Shown: positions 51,401 to 62,984 of the stretch, piece by piece
How the letters are laid out: the number at the start of each line of letters is the position of its first letter
Numbering within the stretch: the stretch's first letter is position 1
From: Lingula anatina
Taxonomy: Eukaryota; Animalia; Brachiopoda
Direction: 5' to 3'
Assembly (NCBI GenBank): GCA_051362555.1
Contig: CM120646.1
Coordinates: 24,302,076 to 24,365,059, forward strand
DNA: 62,984 nt
Translations under genes and position numbers: made by a program
Notes under the pieces: generated by a model
Seen by the model: only the letters and a program-made list of their open reading frames with translations
What the model was told of the DNA's origin: nothing
Databases searched by the model: none

Positions 51401-54400
51401 AAGCAGATGGAGGTGATGAGACCTGAAATTTAAATAGGAAGCAATCTATAGAAAAACATTAATATATAAATTATATTCATCAAATTACCTGCTTCTGACC
51501 TTATAAATATGTTTAAGTAATTCTAAGTTCTATTAGCATTTCAAAATATTTATTGTTTTGTTATTCCACTTTCCATTAGCATTTTAAAATATTTGTCTTA
51601 TTCTGTTCTGTAGCTCAAATGCCTCACATCATTAAGCTTCACATTATAGTTTTAGGTTGAATAAATCATATTTCTCTAACTGAGCTGATCTGATTTTAGG
51701 GTCAATCAGTGCAGTTTCATAATCATGGCACCTGACACATAGGAATTAAGAAGTTTACATGTAGTTTAGCAATTCACTTGGGTGTTGGTATGATCAAGTT
51801 CAGCCTTACCTGTCCCAAATAAGTCTATATATGGTACAGAGAACTGGGGGTCTATAATGGGACTGCCAGTAGAGCTGAAGATGTCGTAGTAAGACGCCAT
51901 GGCAGAACGAAGACGATTTGGGTCAGTAACATGAGTGAAGGTGCCAGCCTGCAAGGAGTTTGTAAAAATTTTTGGTAAATTTCTAAGTAAATATTTCATT
52001 CCCTTTTATTGTTTAACTCTATAATTTTTCTAGCCCCCTCAAAAGCAATTATCAAGATATGCAAGTCACACACCTGATATACAAAACAATTATTTTTTCA
52101 AGCGTGAGAAAAAGTGATATAAAGAAATACTTTAAGTAATTTTTAAGTAATTCAACCAATTAGCATTTATAGCATTAATAGAAAATCATCATCTCTCCTT
52201 TAAAGTAGCATAATATTAAATCAATGAAAAAAAGCAATTATGAAAGTTTTGAAAGCCTCACTGTAATTTCCCCATAAGATTGACTGCTTAAAGTCTGGGC
52301 AGCCATGTTCCTCAATTCAGTGAGAGAACTTTCCTCCAGGGCTAAAATTGAAATAGAATGTTTGAGTGCATGGGTAACGAATGGTTGACTTTTATTAAAT
52401 CTACTAAAAAAAGGCGATTTCAAAATATTTTTCACTTCTTTGTAGTGGATTTCTAAAAAAATATATATAATAAAATATAGAACAATTCAGCTGAATGGAT
52501 CTTGTCTAAGGGTGCATTCCGAGATATTTAGAGCGATCCAGAGATTTAGATTTAGATCGACCTAACTCCCTGGGGATTCACACTAAATTGCAGTCAGCTG
52601 AGCGCACACCATAGTTAATTACCCCCTTACAGCTTTTAGTAGGCGGGACAGATGCTTAAGCCGGCTAAGCTGACAGTGATCTAATGAGACTCCCCACAGG
52701 GATAGATCGATCTAAAATCTATGGGAATGGGGTCTTAGTGTCTCCACCATCTTATCAGAAAAAACATAAATTTAAGCAAATTAATGGTGTCTGTTGTCCC
52801 CTGGTTAATCCCAACCTTTCACCACATAGAGTTGATGGTAATACTCAGTCTGGTATTTGTGGATGATAATTTACAAAATGATATAATTATTAAACAATTA
52901 TTATTATTATTATTATTATTATTATCTAAAATGCAGACTTACACTGGCCGAGACCAAATGTTAAGATGAGGACTTGGTTGCCAAGGATGGCATTTTGATC
53001 CCGTATGGTCTCCAGAGGATTTCCGCCCTGTGTTCTTTTACCATCAGTTAGGAATAATATCACTTTATCTGAAATTAATGACTCAGAGGTAAAAGGCTGG
53101 ATACTTGGTAGAAAATTTTTGAGATTTAAATTTGAATAAGCATCACGCCATGTAAAAACTATGTTAAAATTTGAATAAATTGATAAAAAATATACATAAT
53201 AATGAAACACAAATATGAAAATGAGATGAAAGCACTATTCTTGAAATTTATCACTGTGGATTTTCAAATATACTGCACTCTATTTACACAGAAAACATGT
53301 GACAGCATCAGTTAAACTCTACTTTGCAACACAGAATTTAAATTAAAAAATTCTTTCATCTAGCTTACAATTTTAATATTTAACAAAACATTGTAAATTT
53401 TGTAAAAAAAAAAAGTAATTCTGTGTAACAACACATCATAAAATGCAGTCAGAAATTTAAACAAGGCAGCAAAGCTGTCAAATGTACAGACAAAAAACAG
53501 AAAATAAAGATGCAAAAAAAGGTCATTTTGTCAATTTTGATGCAATAATAAATGATGCTTATAATAGCACTGTCAGTCAACACTGAATTTTAATCATGCA
53601 CAACAGGTAACATGGTCAATAACAGGAGCGGACCCTGAGATATTTTCTGACAGTATTCCAAAGTATCTTTGTTGATCCATCCTCTATTTTGATGGTCTTC
53701 CAAAAGAAAAAATAATGGATACCAGTCAATATAAACTTAATAACCTGACCGTCTTCCGGAAGACCCAGAAGATGGTCTCAATCCACCCCTTCAGTAAGAT
53801 TACAGTTTCAGGACCATGAGAGTTCAAATTCTCATGATGAAAGTCTCAATATTTGAAAAATGATGACAGTGCATAAAATAATATTACATAATGTTTAAAG
53901 ACATAAAAAACAATACAACTGCTTATGTGGAAATATAGAAAATGTGCAGAGCCTCAGGCAGATGAGAGTTAAAAGTCACAAATGCCAGTGTTTGAGAAAA
54001 AATTAAAAAGGAAAACATAACAAAACTAGAAAAGCACTCCAAGAGCGCAGACCTCTGCCAAGACAGCAATTGTTGATTATTATTGATTGATTATTGATCC
54101 GGACCACCACCAAAAACTAATCATTGTCTTCCTTGCCCACTTCTGACAGTTCCTGAAAATTTCATCAAAATCGGTCCGTACACTAGTTTAGAGCAAAGTA
54201 AAGTGCATGATCTCTGCCAGACACTTAAAAACTTTCGCCTTCGCACACAAGCCTCAAAAAGACAATTGGAGTCATTAGCTGGGAGGTTATCGTGGGCAGC
54301 TAACGTAATACCCTGGGGCAGGACACACCTGCGGCCAATTTTCAACGCTTTATCAATGTTACAGCAACCATCGCACAAATGTAGGCTACAAACTATATAT

Positions 54401-55914
54401 GGGGAAATCGACTGGTGGCTTAAGTGGTTATGGGCAGGGAATAATACCCGCTTAATCTGGGACACGCGCGAGCAGGTCCACGCATTCACGGATGCCAGTA
54501 ATTCCGCAGGAGGAGCGTTCCACTACGGTGACTGGTTTTATATCAATTGGCAAGCGGACAGTGCAGCATTAAGCGTCCAGCATATCAATGTTAAGGAACT
54601 CGCCGTAGCAGTTCTAGCAGCCTATCGATGGGGCAAAGCCTGGCGTAATAAGCGTGTTGTTATTTATACAGACAGTACAGTAGCAATGGAAATACTGAAC
54701 AAAGGAGCCTCCCCCAACATCATGTGCAACTCTTTACTGAAAGAACTCGCATACTTAGCAATACATTACAACTTTTCAGTCATTGCCACCCATATTGCAG
54801 GGACTGATAACTACATTGCTGACTCAATATCTAGACTACATGATGTAGGCAAAGCACGGGAATTCATTAACTATATAAACAATTGGTACACCTTGCTTTC
54901 AACTCCACCTCCTACATACTGCCTTCATCATCACATGTCTGAAGATTCTCTTAAATTTTTGTCTTCACAGGGATCACTGCCATACAGCTCAGAAGAGAAC
55001 TAGACAGGGAGGTGGCGTTTTGGAAGTCACAACTTTTTGCTCATTCCACCAAAGCTGCATACAGGTCTCACTTAAGAGCTTTCGTTAAGTTCTGCAGAGC
55101 TATCAACTGTGCGCCAATTCCCATTTCACAAGAAAATATCTGTCGATATGCAGCATATCTGGCACGATCTTGTGCAGTATCAACCGTCCGCCAATATCTT
55201 AACATAGTCAGAATTTTACACATGGTGTTCGACTTGGGAAACCCGCTTACTTCTTGGGAGCTCAAGTCCATTATAGGAGGCATGAAACGCCACAAGGGAG
55301 AACCAGGCCAACAAAAAGTGCCCTTACTGCCTGAGCACCTTTTCAAGATCCATGGCACGCTGAATCTCAGTAACCCCCAGGACCTACAATTATGGGCAGC
55401 TTGTCTGACAGCAGAAGGCAAAGAGTAATGAAATACCGAAGCAAAGCTCAAAAGATGGCACCAAGCAGAAGGCTGTCACAAGTGGCACAAAATCATCAAG
55501 CGTGGAGTAGTCTGTGAATGCCACTCGCTAGCGTGGGCAGGACAGGCAGAGATCAATGGAAGATTGAATGAAAATGAAACCTACTTCTTTTTTCACCTTT
55601 AAAGGAATTCTCAGAACTATTGAATAAAGAGAATGCTTTTTCCATAGCGGCTTGGTAATTAGTTGCTCCGACTGCCCTCAGACTATCAATGTATTTTTTC
55701 AAGTTCTTGGCATTTTGAGGCGTGGCAGCAGCTAGAGATGTGGTATAACAGGTGCTCTCTGACAGCACTGGCGTGTACGCAGCTGAGGAAAACGACACTA
55801 ATCCAATCTGTAGAAAGATAATAAAAGTCAGAGCACTGAAGACTATGATTAAAATAAGAGTGAACCTGAAAATTGATTTTGTTGTGTAATTATGCCAGAA
55901 AAGTTAAAAAAAAT

Positions 55915-55946
<32 letters not shown>

Positions 55947-58635
55947 AATGACGAAAATCTGGAAAAATCAGAAAAATCACATCCCTGTAAGTTCTTTGTT
56001 GGGAATGCTCTGAAAACAGACTCAACAAAGTATGCAGACATCCCCACACAAGTAAATTATCAATTAAAAAGATTAAATTAAATGTCTGACACACCCTGTC
56101 ATTTGCACTCAAGGTTTCCACAACAGTTCTTGCAGCATCTTTGGCAATCTGGAGCAGTGTCTTGCTGTTGTGATATGTTGTCATGGATCCTGATGTATCT
56201 ATGACAACCACAATGTCTTTGGGAACTGGAGTGGCTGCAGACACATAGAATGGCCTGAAATTATAAATTTTTAATTTCTAACACTGTAAAATATAGTCTC
56301 TTTGTGTTTTTGTCTAAATACCTAGTTTGTATATACCAATCCAAACAAATAATAAAAAAATACAAAATTATACAAAAGGTCACAAAATTTTGCATAATTT
56401 GACATAATTATATATTTTGTAAAAGCAGTGATTTTTTCTTCAAATCATCAACTTGAGATAATAAAGCTCCATGAGATGCATTCAGAATACCCCTACTTAA
56501 TATTCTCTTTTATTTTCCTTAATGCCAATTTCACTTTACTCAGGCATTCAAACACAGCATACAAAGACATTAAATTTTAAAAATGATTTTTGAACATGTC
56601 CATGATCATGATGGCCCATCAAAAATCCATCTCTATATCTTTTGCCTTTGCAAATGTAAGTGGAAGATTCTGATGTTTTACATTTTCCATTGTAAAAGTT
56701 ATAAACATAACATGTTTCAGTGATATTAATTAAATGTTGAAAATCAGAAAACTCACTTATTTCACATACAAATTGTCCTCAACAACCTGAAATTTTAGGT
56801 CAGACATTAAGTTACTTACCTGAACCTTGGATCATAACTATCACAGTCAGGCACACCTGTGGGTTTCACTGCAGGATAATTAAGAAGTATACCATCTTCT
56901 CCTCCAAAGTACTGCCACTTCAGATTTGGATTGATGCGGATGTTTTCCTTCATCACTTCCACAACCCTTGCCGTAGGGAATTTTTTATTCACTGAACTCT
57001 GGCCTGCTACTGTCACACAAGCCTTGTCAAAGTTGACCTGTCAATTTTTGAAAATAAAATTTTTCAAATACGTGCATATGTACACATGCATACATGCATA
57101 CATGTGTTTTGTGCATTAGTGTAAACTTTGTATATGTGTGATTTGTGAATATCTGCCCCTGCATATGTATATATGCCCATGTTTGCACATGTATGTGTAC
57201 ATCACAAACCTCCTGACTAAACCTCTTGTCATAAGTAGCTTCCACCACTTGGCAGCACTGTGTCATAGATCTGACACTGGAGAAGCTGGCGTAGTCATCT
57301 TCAATGGCATCTTTGATCTTGGTCAGTGCAGAAATCGGACCTTGGAACTTGGTTCTCAGCGAATTGGCAAGCTGAATAAAATTTCAATACATGGAAAACA
57401 TTTATATGAGGATTACATTTATATGAGGATTGGTGTAATGAGATTACAAGGCATCATTTGAAGTAACGTTGCCATGGGCATGATGGTGGTTACAATTTAC
57501 TGACAGAGACTGAATTATCAGGATTGGTGATTTGTGTAACTATACAATTTATATGAAAACTTTGTCGGCTTTTTTTTGGTCAACAGGTCTTCAAATGGCA
57601 AATTTTTATTTTAAAAAAATTAAAAGAGTTCTGACCAAGTGGTACTGTGTACCAAACAACTCCCAAATATTTACTTCTCTAATATTCCCTGGTCCATCAA
57701 TAGAATCTTCTCTATATGACACTTTGTCATATTCTGCCTGAAAAGTAAAAGATTTCAATCAAAATAATAACATAAAAACATTCTATGTGATCATTTAAAA
57801 TCTAATTTGTACATTTTTTAGAATTATCTCCCTGATTATTAACTGTTGCCTAAATTTTTGTCCATATATATATAACAAGCAGAAAATTATTTCGCATATT
57901 TATTCTGAAAAATGTTTACATTTAATTGATTGTGCCCACTTTCTTATTTAAGCTATTGAACAATATTTTAAGTTTTAAAGTGAAAATTTATTTAATTAAA
58001 TTTTAAAACACACATTATCTACACTCTTCTAGCATCAATTATCAAATTTTAGGCAACAATAATCAATTTTTGACTTCTTTGTAATAATATAAAATAATGT
58101 TATAAAATTATATATGTTATAAAATCTGTTTTTCAGGGCAAAATTTAAAGTTTATATGTCTTTAACACATCATTTTAATTGTCAGATTTAATTATTTCCA
58201 TTTGCTTTTTTAGGCAGTTTTGTACAGCCACTAAGCCCAACTGTTTGTCTTTTTAAACATAATACATGTAAATATATGCTTCATATTATCATTCAGTAAC
58301 CACATCAGATGACTCACACCTACATTAACCTAAATTACATACATCCACTTCTTATCTTTTAATTTATCAATTCTTGGAAAAGAAGCATGAATAATCAAAC
58401 TCTCAGGGTACTGATGGAATACATGTAGCTCCTGTTACTGTTATTGAAAATTGCTATGTATAGGCTGGTGGCCTAAATATTGCAAAATACAGTCCGTAAT
58501 GTATTTTTCTTTAATCAACAGTTTAATATTGACATAATTTACTTCCAATATTTTGATGTCTAACAGTCTCAGCAGCTTCATCAAGGAATGAGGCTATCCA
58601 GGTGAATAGCCTCTATTCAGGAGATATACTTGCCC

Positions 58636-58666
<31 letters not shown>

Positions 58667-58897
58667 ACACACCCACTTCCATTGCCTTAGGATGGTACCA
58701 TCATTTCTGTTAAAAATATATAAAACCAAAGTAACCACAGAATGTCTCACCTGCATTTCTTCTACCCCCAGTGCATCATTAGCTATTTCCCTTAACACCT
58801 GTCCTAATATCCCACCATCAATTAATGTGGCTCCACTTGACACAGTTAATATGGCCCATATGGTTATTGTCAGTATATGGAACATTCCTCCAGACAT
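42487..58897 (-). CDS. VWA and cache domain-containing protein (CACHD1-like), copy 2, 23 exons, intact
   Basis: Exons 58897-58751, 57737-57675, 57371-57210, 57037-56820, 56254-56095, 55807-55585, 53068-52943, 52341-52262, 51948-51810, 51422-51149, 50785-50674, 50273-50111, 49873-49737, 48917-48751, 48533-48423, 48108-47986, 47780-47681, 45944-45849, 45654-45520, 45056-44938, 44104-43979, 43119-42992, 42806-42487. Same exon lengths as copy 1, splice sites intact, only a few substitutions. Confidence 0.9.
44544..45001. repeat. 67-bp minisatellite, 7 units, in unit 2
   Basis: Unit starts at 44544, 44604, 44671, 44737, 44804, 44871 and 44937. Confidence 0.95.
45987..47506 (+). mobile_element. 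Paralogous HINE family A copy in unit 2
   Basis: Same position and termini as 23576-25100, so it predates the duplication. Confidence 0.7.
53459..54022 (-). mobile_element. 5'-truncated HINE family A copy, unit 2 only
   Basis: AACAAGGCAGCAAAGCTGTCAAATGTACAGAC terminus; inverted match to ~24530-25100. Absent at the unit 1 site (~30965). Confidence 0.75.
54023..54180 (-). mobile_element. 3' end of a second Helentron-type element (HINE family B)
   Basis: Minus strand CTTGGCAGAGGTCTGCGCTCTTGGAGTGCTTTTCTAGTTT: subterminal repeat, short hairpin, CTAG and T-run. Confidence 0.55.
54183..55410 (+). mobile_element. Internal fragment of a tyrosine-recombinase (DIRS order, Ngaro-like) retrotransposon: RT end/RNase H ORF plus N-terminal part of YR
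   Basis: ORF 54203-55003: LESLAGRLSWAANV.PWGR, FTDAS, HINVKELA, IYTDS, HIAGTDNYIADSISR (DIRS-type RNase H). ORF 55012-55428: STKAAYRSHLRAFVKFC...TVRQYL...K.PL (YR core-binding domain), cut before the catalytic domain. Confidence 0.85.
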
Positions 58898-60398
58898 ACT
58901 CTTTTTTTTTATGTGATGTCTTGTGTTGTCTTCTGAAACTTGTTTGATGTTAACTGAAACAACAAAATTATTGGATTTGATTTTGATTTGATTTATTTCA
59001 TATTTGAAATTAATCCTATACATAAAATTTTATGCATAGAGAGACATTATAAGTTCATGAATTACCCAATGAGTAAACAAAGCCAGCTACAGTGCCAGCT
59101 CTCATAAATGATAACTTAATGTTAGATTTGTCTTAATTCCAGCTTTTAAGTCTCAATTTTAGGCAAACTCCATGCATATACCCATGCACGGTGTGACTGA
59201 AATACGCAATACAGCGCAACACAGTGCAATACACTTCAAAATCAAATCCAGTTGCAATTACACAAAAGAAATGACCATTCCCAGCAAAGCAGGGTGGTAT
59301 AAAAACAACCTTTATTACTAGGTAGGTAATATCGTTGATATAACTTAACAAATCAGCAAGACTTTTATATTGTACGGTTGGCAGCCATGTTGGTGAGTGG
59401 CTTTTCTTGGCGCCTGACCAAACAATGAAAAAATTGCAAAGTTGTATCAGCAATATTAATTACTTTGTACTATATTTTGCTTTTATATCGCCCTATTTTA
59501 TTTGAGATTACCCTTTCCTGTGTTTACTTGCAACTGAACTTGTGTTATCAAGTGTATTGCACTGTGTTGCGCTGTATTGCAGTGTATTGCGCATTTCAGT
59601 CACACCCGTATACGAGAGTACACGGTACGAGTATCTGACAGTCACCAAGCAGTTAGGATAGATGTACGTGTCCCTAATCAGCCCCCTTTTGTAGTATGGT
59701 TTGCTCAAAGGCATCCCGGATATTATGTACAGTATGCAACATGTCATTATTTATAAACACACCTTGAATCGGTGACAATGCCTCGCATTCGCATGACCCT
59801 TTACCTGTACATCCGGGTGGGGAAAGCGTGAAATTCCCATAAAAAATTCCACCTTTAAAAATCCTTGCATCCGTTATTCTCAACGCGCTGATAACTGAGT
59901 GTCAAACGTATAAAAGAACTGGCATTTTCCCCCGCATATTTTACTTTTAAATTATGGACGACAACAAGCAAACAAATGCGTATTCTTACAGTCGGCATGA
60001 CGTCACAAGATGGCCGTTAATGTGAAGGTCGTATATAAATAGGTCATCGCTAATGACGCTATAATCCCCGCGAAATTGTGATCAATGGAGATGAAAAGCA
60101 TAGCAGTCCGTAACTGCATCAATTTCGACATTTGAAAGGGAAACCTCTTCCAAATTTGTGATTCTCCAAAAGAGCAAGTCATTTGGAGAAGATATGTACG
60201 TGGTATCTTTATTTTTATTTGTTTTTCGCATGGATAAGTTGCGTAAGTTGTATAAAGAACAGAAGGGGGCGTGTCCACAAAGAACCGGTTTTTTAATATG
60301 TACCCAGATGTTCATTGACATATATAAAAATTGTTAAATGAGAAATGTCACTTCTTTGTTTAGATTGGAAGAATACGATTAAAAACTTAAAGAAGTCA

Positions 60399-62984
60399 CC
60401 TAGAAACTTGAAATTACTAGCTTGTTTTAAAATACTGTATGTTTATGTGCCAGTCAAAGCTTAAGCATACAGAACACTAGGGGCAGTGATGCCACTGACT
60501 CACTATGCTTTTATATCAACTCTATTTATTAATTTATACAAATATTAAGATTCATTTAAGAAGACTTAGTAAAAATCATTTAAATTGACTTAATAAGTAT
60601 ATTATTAAATACATTTTGTATGGTTTAATTTTAGCATTTAATTTATCAACTTTGTGATATAAAAAGAACATCTTCAGAATAAAGCCTATTTGGAAGGAGA
60701 AATATGACATTTGTAGTATCAAATTTTAACTCGCACTATACTGTTTCTAATTAAAAATAAGTTGTGAAAAAAAATCATGCTGCCTTCATTATAATAAGTT
60801 CACTTCTATCTCTGTCACAAAGTTACATAATTGTGTTGTACAAATGTTATTGCTTCATGTTAAATTAATAAACTTGTTATTTTTAATTTTACGGTGTCTT
60901 TCATTTATCTATTGGTAATGCAGATTAAAAGGAAACATTTCAAGATTTTACAGATTTATTTGCACCAACAAAAGCAAATGTAAAAGTAAGGCACTTTCTC
61001 CAGGAAATCCAAATAATTGATTATTATGCCAACGAACAAAAAAAAAATTGTTTCTCATCTGTAAAAAACATGACATGAAAATCCAGTTTTATTTGTCATT
61101 ATGACTAATGATCTGAGCACCAAATGTGACATTCAAATATGTAGATGACACCACAATTCTAAGCTACAGGAATACCAAACTGCAGGACAATCTCCCTGAT
61201 GCAACAACAGAACTTACTCTCTGGTCCCATGCTAATAAACTAAGAATAAATACTACCAAGACCAAAGAGATCATATTTGATTTCTCCAAAAAAGGACACA
61301 AAACTACACCCTTGCTAGTAGATAATCAAAGGATTGAGAGAGTGGGGTCTGCTGTCTTCTTAGGGGTTAGGATCAGTAGTGATTTGAGCTGGGAAGGTCA
61401 CATCTGTGATATTTGTAAAAAAGCAAGTACAAGGCTACACAATCTTAAGCTTCTGAAAAGAGCGGGTATTCCAACCAATGAACTTGTAAGCTTTTATACA
61501 TCAGTAATCAGACCTACATTAGAATATGCATGTCAGGTGTGGCACCCAGGTCTTACACAACAACAAATTGATAAAATTGAATCCATTCAGATTAGAGCAT
61601 GTAAGATTATATTCCCAGAGCTGTCCTACGATGGGGCACTTGAAACATGTAAACTTATCACTCTTGCTTGTAGAAGAGATGAACTATCTAAAACATTATT
61701 GCATAACATGTACTCTGAAGGACACAAAATCAATCATTTGCTACCAGAGATAAATGAAAGTTCCTACACTTTGCGCCAGGTTTATAAGTACACTGTGCCA
61801 AAATTGAGGACTGCACGATTGTCAAAAACTTTTATCCCATGGGCTTTATCTAATTTTAAGAACTGAGTTTTTTATGAATTTTTAATGTGTATCGAATCAT
61901 TTTAAAACTTGCAAGTATATTTTAAGATTGTGCATCTCACGACTATTTGTTTTTATTGTAAAATCCAACTTTTTAAGTTGCAAATAAATACATATTATTA
62001 TTATTAAAATCCTGAATACAAGTTGGATTTGAGTCAGCAAGGAAATGTGTAAGTAAATAAAACAAATATTTTAATAACAATAGTATAGGATAAAGAAGGT
62101 GCCCATCATTACTACTTTATTAAGGTAATTGTATATACCATATTAATGCAGAAAATTATTTCCAAAATACATCTAGGATATTGTACATTGCATAGTGTGT
62201 CCATAAAAGTTCCCAGCATAAAACATCTGGAGTAATTAAAGCTTACATTATCAAATTAAAAAAAAAAAATTGAAATGGCTGTTACTTGAGCAAAAGAAAA
62301 AGAGGTCTAAGACAGAGGAAAAAATTGTCATTGGCCAATAAAACCATTCTTACCTGTCCCAGTGTATAACATTATAAATATAAACTGTAAACACATACAC
62401 ACAGATACAGACTGAAACCGTTTTTACCTTGACTGATAAGACCACTGCAAAAATCATTTCTTCGAAGGTCAAGGTGATACTATAAATAATTTATACAGCA
62501 TAAATAATTCTTCCAGTAATAACATTTTTTTCTTTTACTTGGTTTACAGCAGGGGTTCTCATTGTTAGGACAAATTTGTCATAGTTAACTTTTTTTTGTA
62601 AAATAAATCCAGTAAAAATTATATTCAGACACATATATTCAGATATTCACAATGCCTGTGATGTCTGTATATTATGCAATATTTTTCCATAGAGATATGC
62701 ATCATTTCTGAACTGCTTAGTTTCTCCATCTGGTTTCAAAATGATAATGATGAACAGTGTTCCAGATGAGTTGAACAATTTCAATGACAGTTACATGATA
62801 TGTATTAATATATAGTCTAAAATCTCATTTCAGGCAGAGTGGGGTATTCTTTGAGAAAACATGAATATTTTCAATGGATATTTCTTTTGTATAGAAGAAA
62901 AAGTATATTCGACAAAGATGTAAATAATGCTCAACACTGCGTTAAATGGAAATTATAATGCATAGAGATTCAGTTGTCTTCACT
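60399..62984. repeat. Tandem segmental duplication unit 3 (partial, runs off the window)
   Basis: Identical junction at 60398/60399, followed by the LINE fragment and the 3' flank of the CACHD1-like gene. Confidence 0.92.
61085..62005 (+). mobile_element. Same LINE fragment in unit 3, longest open frame (246 aa, 61126-61866)
   Basis: ORF track shows an uninterrupted YVDD-containing RT C-terminal frame. Same TSD. Confidence 0.87.

Larger units (their letters stand above)
39476..60398. repeat. Tandem segmental duplication unit 2 (~20.9 kb)
   Basis: Junction AAGAAGTCA|CCTAGAAAC at 39475/39476. All exons, the LINE and the promoter segment of unit 1 are repeated. Confidence 0.95.

Noticed and set aside
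55012-55428. Phage integrase / bacterial contamination or HGT
   Set aside because: It directly follows a DIRS-type RNase H ORF inside an intron; explained by a YR retrotransposon.
950-58897. U12-type or non-canonical introns
   Set aside because: All introns I assembled are GT-AG, with no GTATCCTT/ATATCCTT donors.
61126-61866. Domesticated reverse transcriptase gene
   Set aside because: 5'-truncated (lacks N-terminal RT motifs), no true ATG, has TSD and tail, and the paralogous copies are disrupted.
16962-62984. Duplication as pure haplotig mis-assembly
   Set aside because: Three units, an identical novel junction twice and several copy-specific TE insertions argue for a real array; not fully excluded without reads.

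Overview
AT-rich, intron-rich animal (probably invertebrate/lophotrochozoan-type) genomic DNA. A complete 22-exon FYCO1-like gene (+, 950-15914; RUN, very long coiled coil, FYVE, LIR, GOLD; ~1907 aa) converges on a head-to-tail tandem array of a ~21-22.5 kb unit (16962-39475, 39476-60398, 60399 to window end). Each full unit carries the distal 3' flank of FYCO1, a 5'-truncated CR1/L2-type LINE, an intact 23-exon VWA/dCache (CACHD1/alpha2delta-like) type I membrane protein gene on the minus strand (~1142 aa), and a promoter-like segment. The copies differ by post-duplication insertions: Helentron-type HINEs, a CAGGG-terminated DNA transposon with a 5-bp TSD, and a nested HINE/Ngaro-type tyrosine-recombinase retroelement fragment. 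Other points of note: a 67-bp minisatellite built from an exon end plus its splice donor; an intact MIDAS and amino-acid-sensor-like dCache motifs; PSAP/PPxY motifs in the receptor tail; three unrelated CAGG...CCTG elements that all have 5-bp TSDs; and a duplication junction that appears to fuse a divergent promoter/first exon to FYCO1 3' sequence. Exons were assembled by hand from GT-AG sites and reading frame. No database searches were run.
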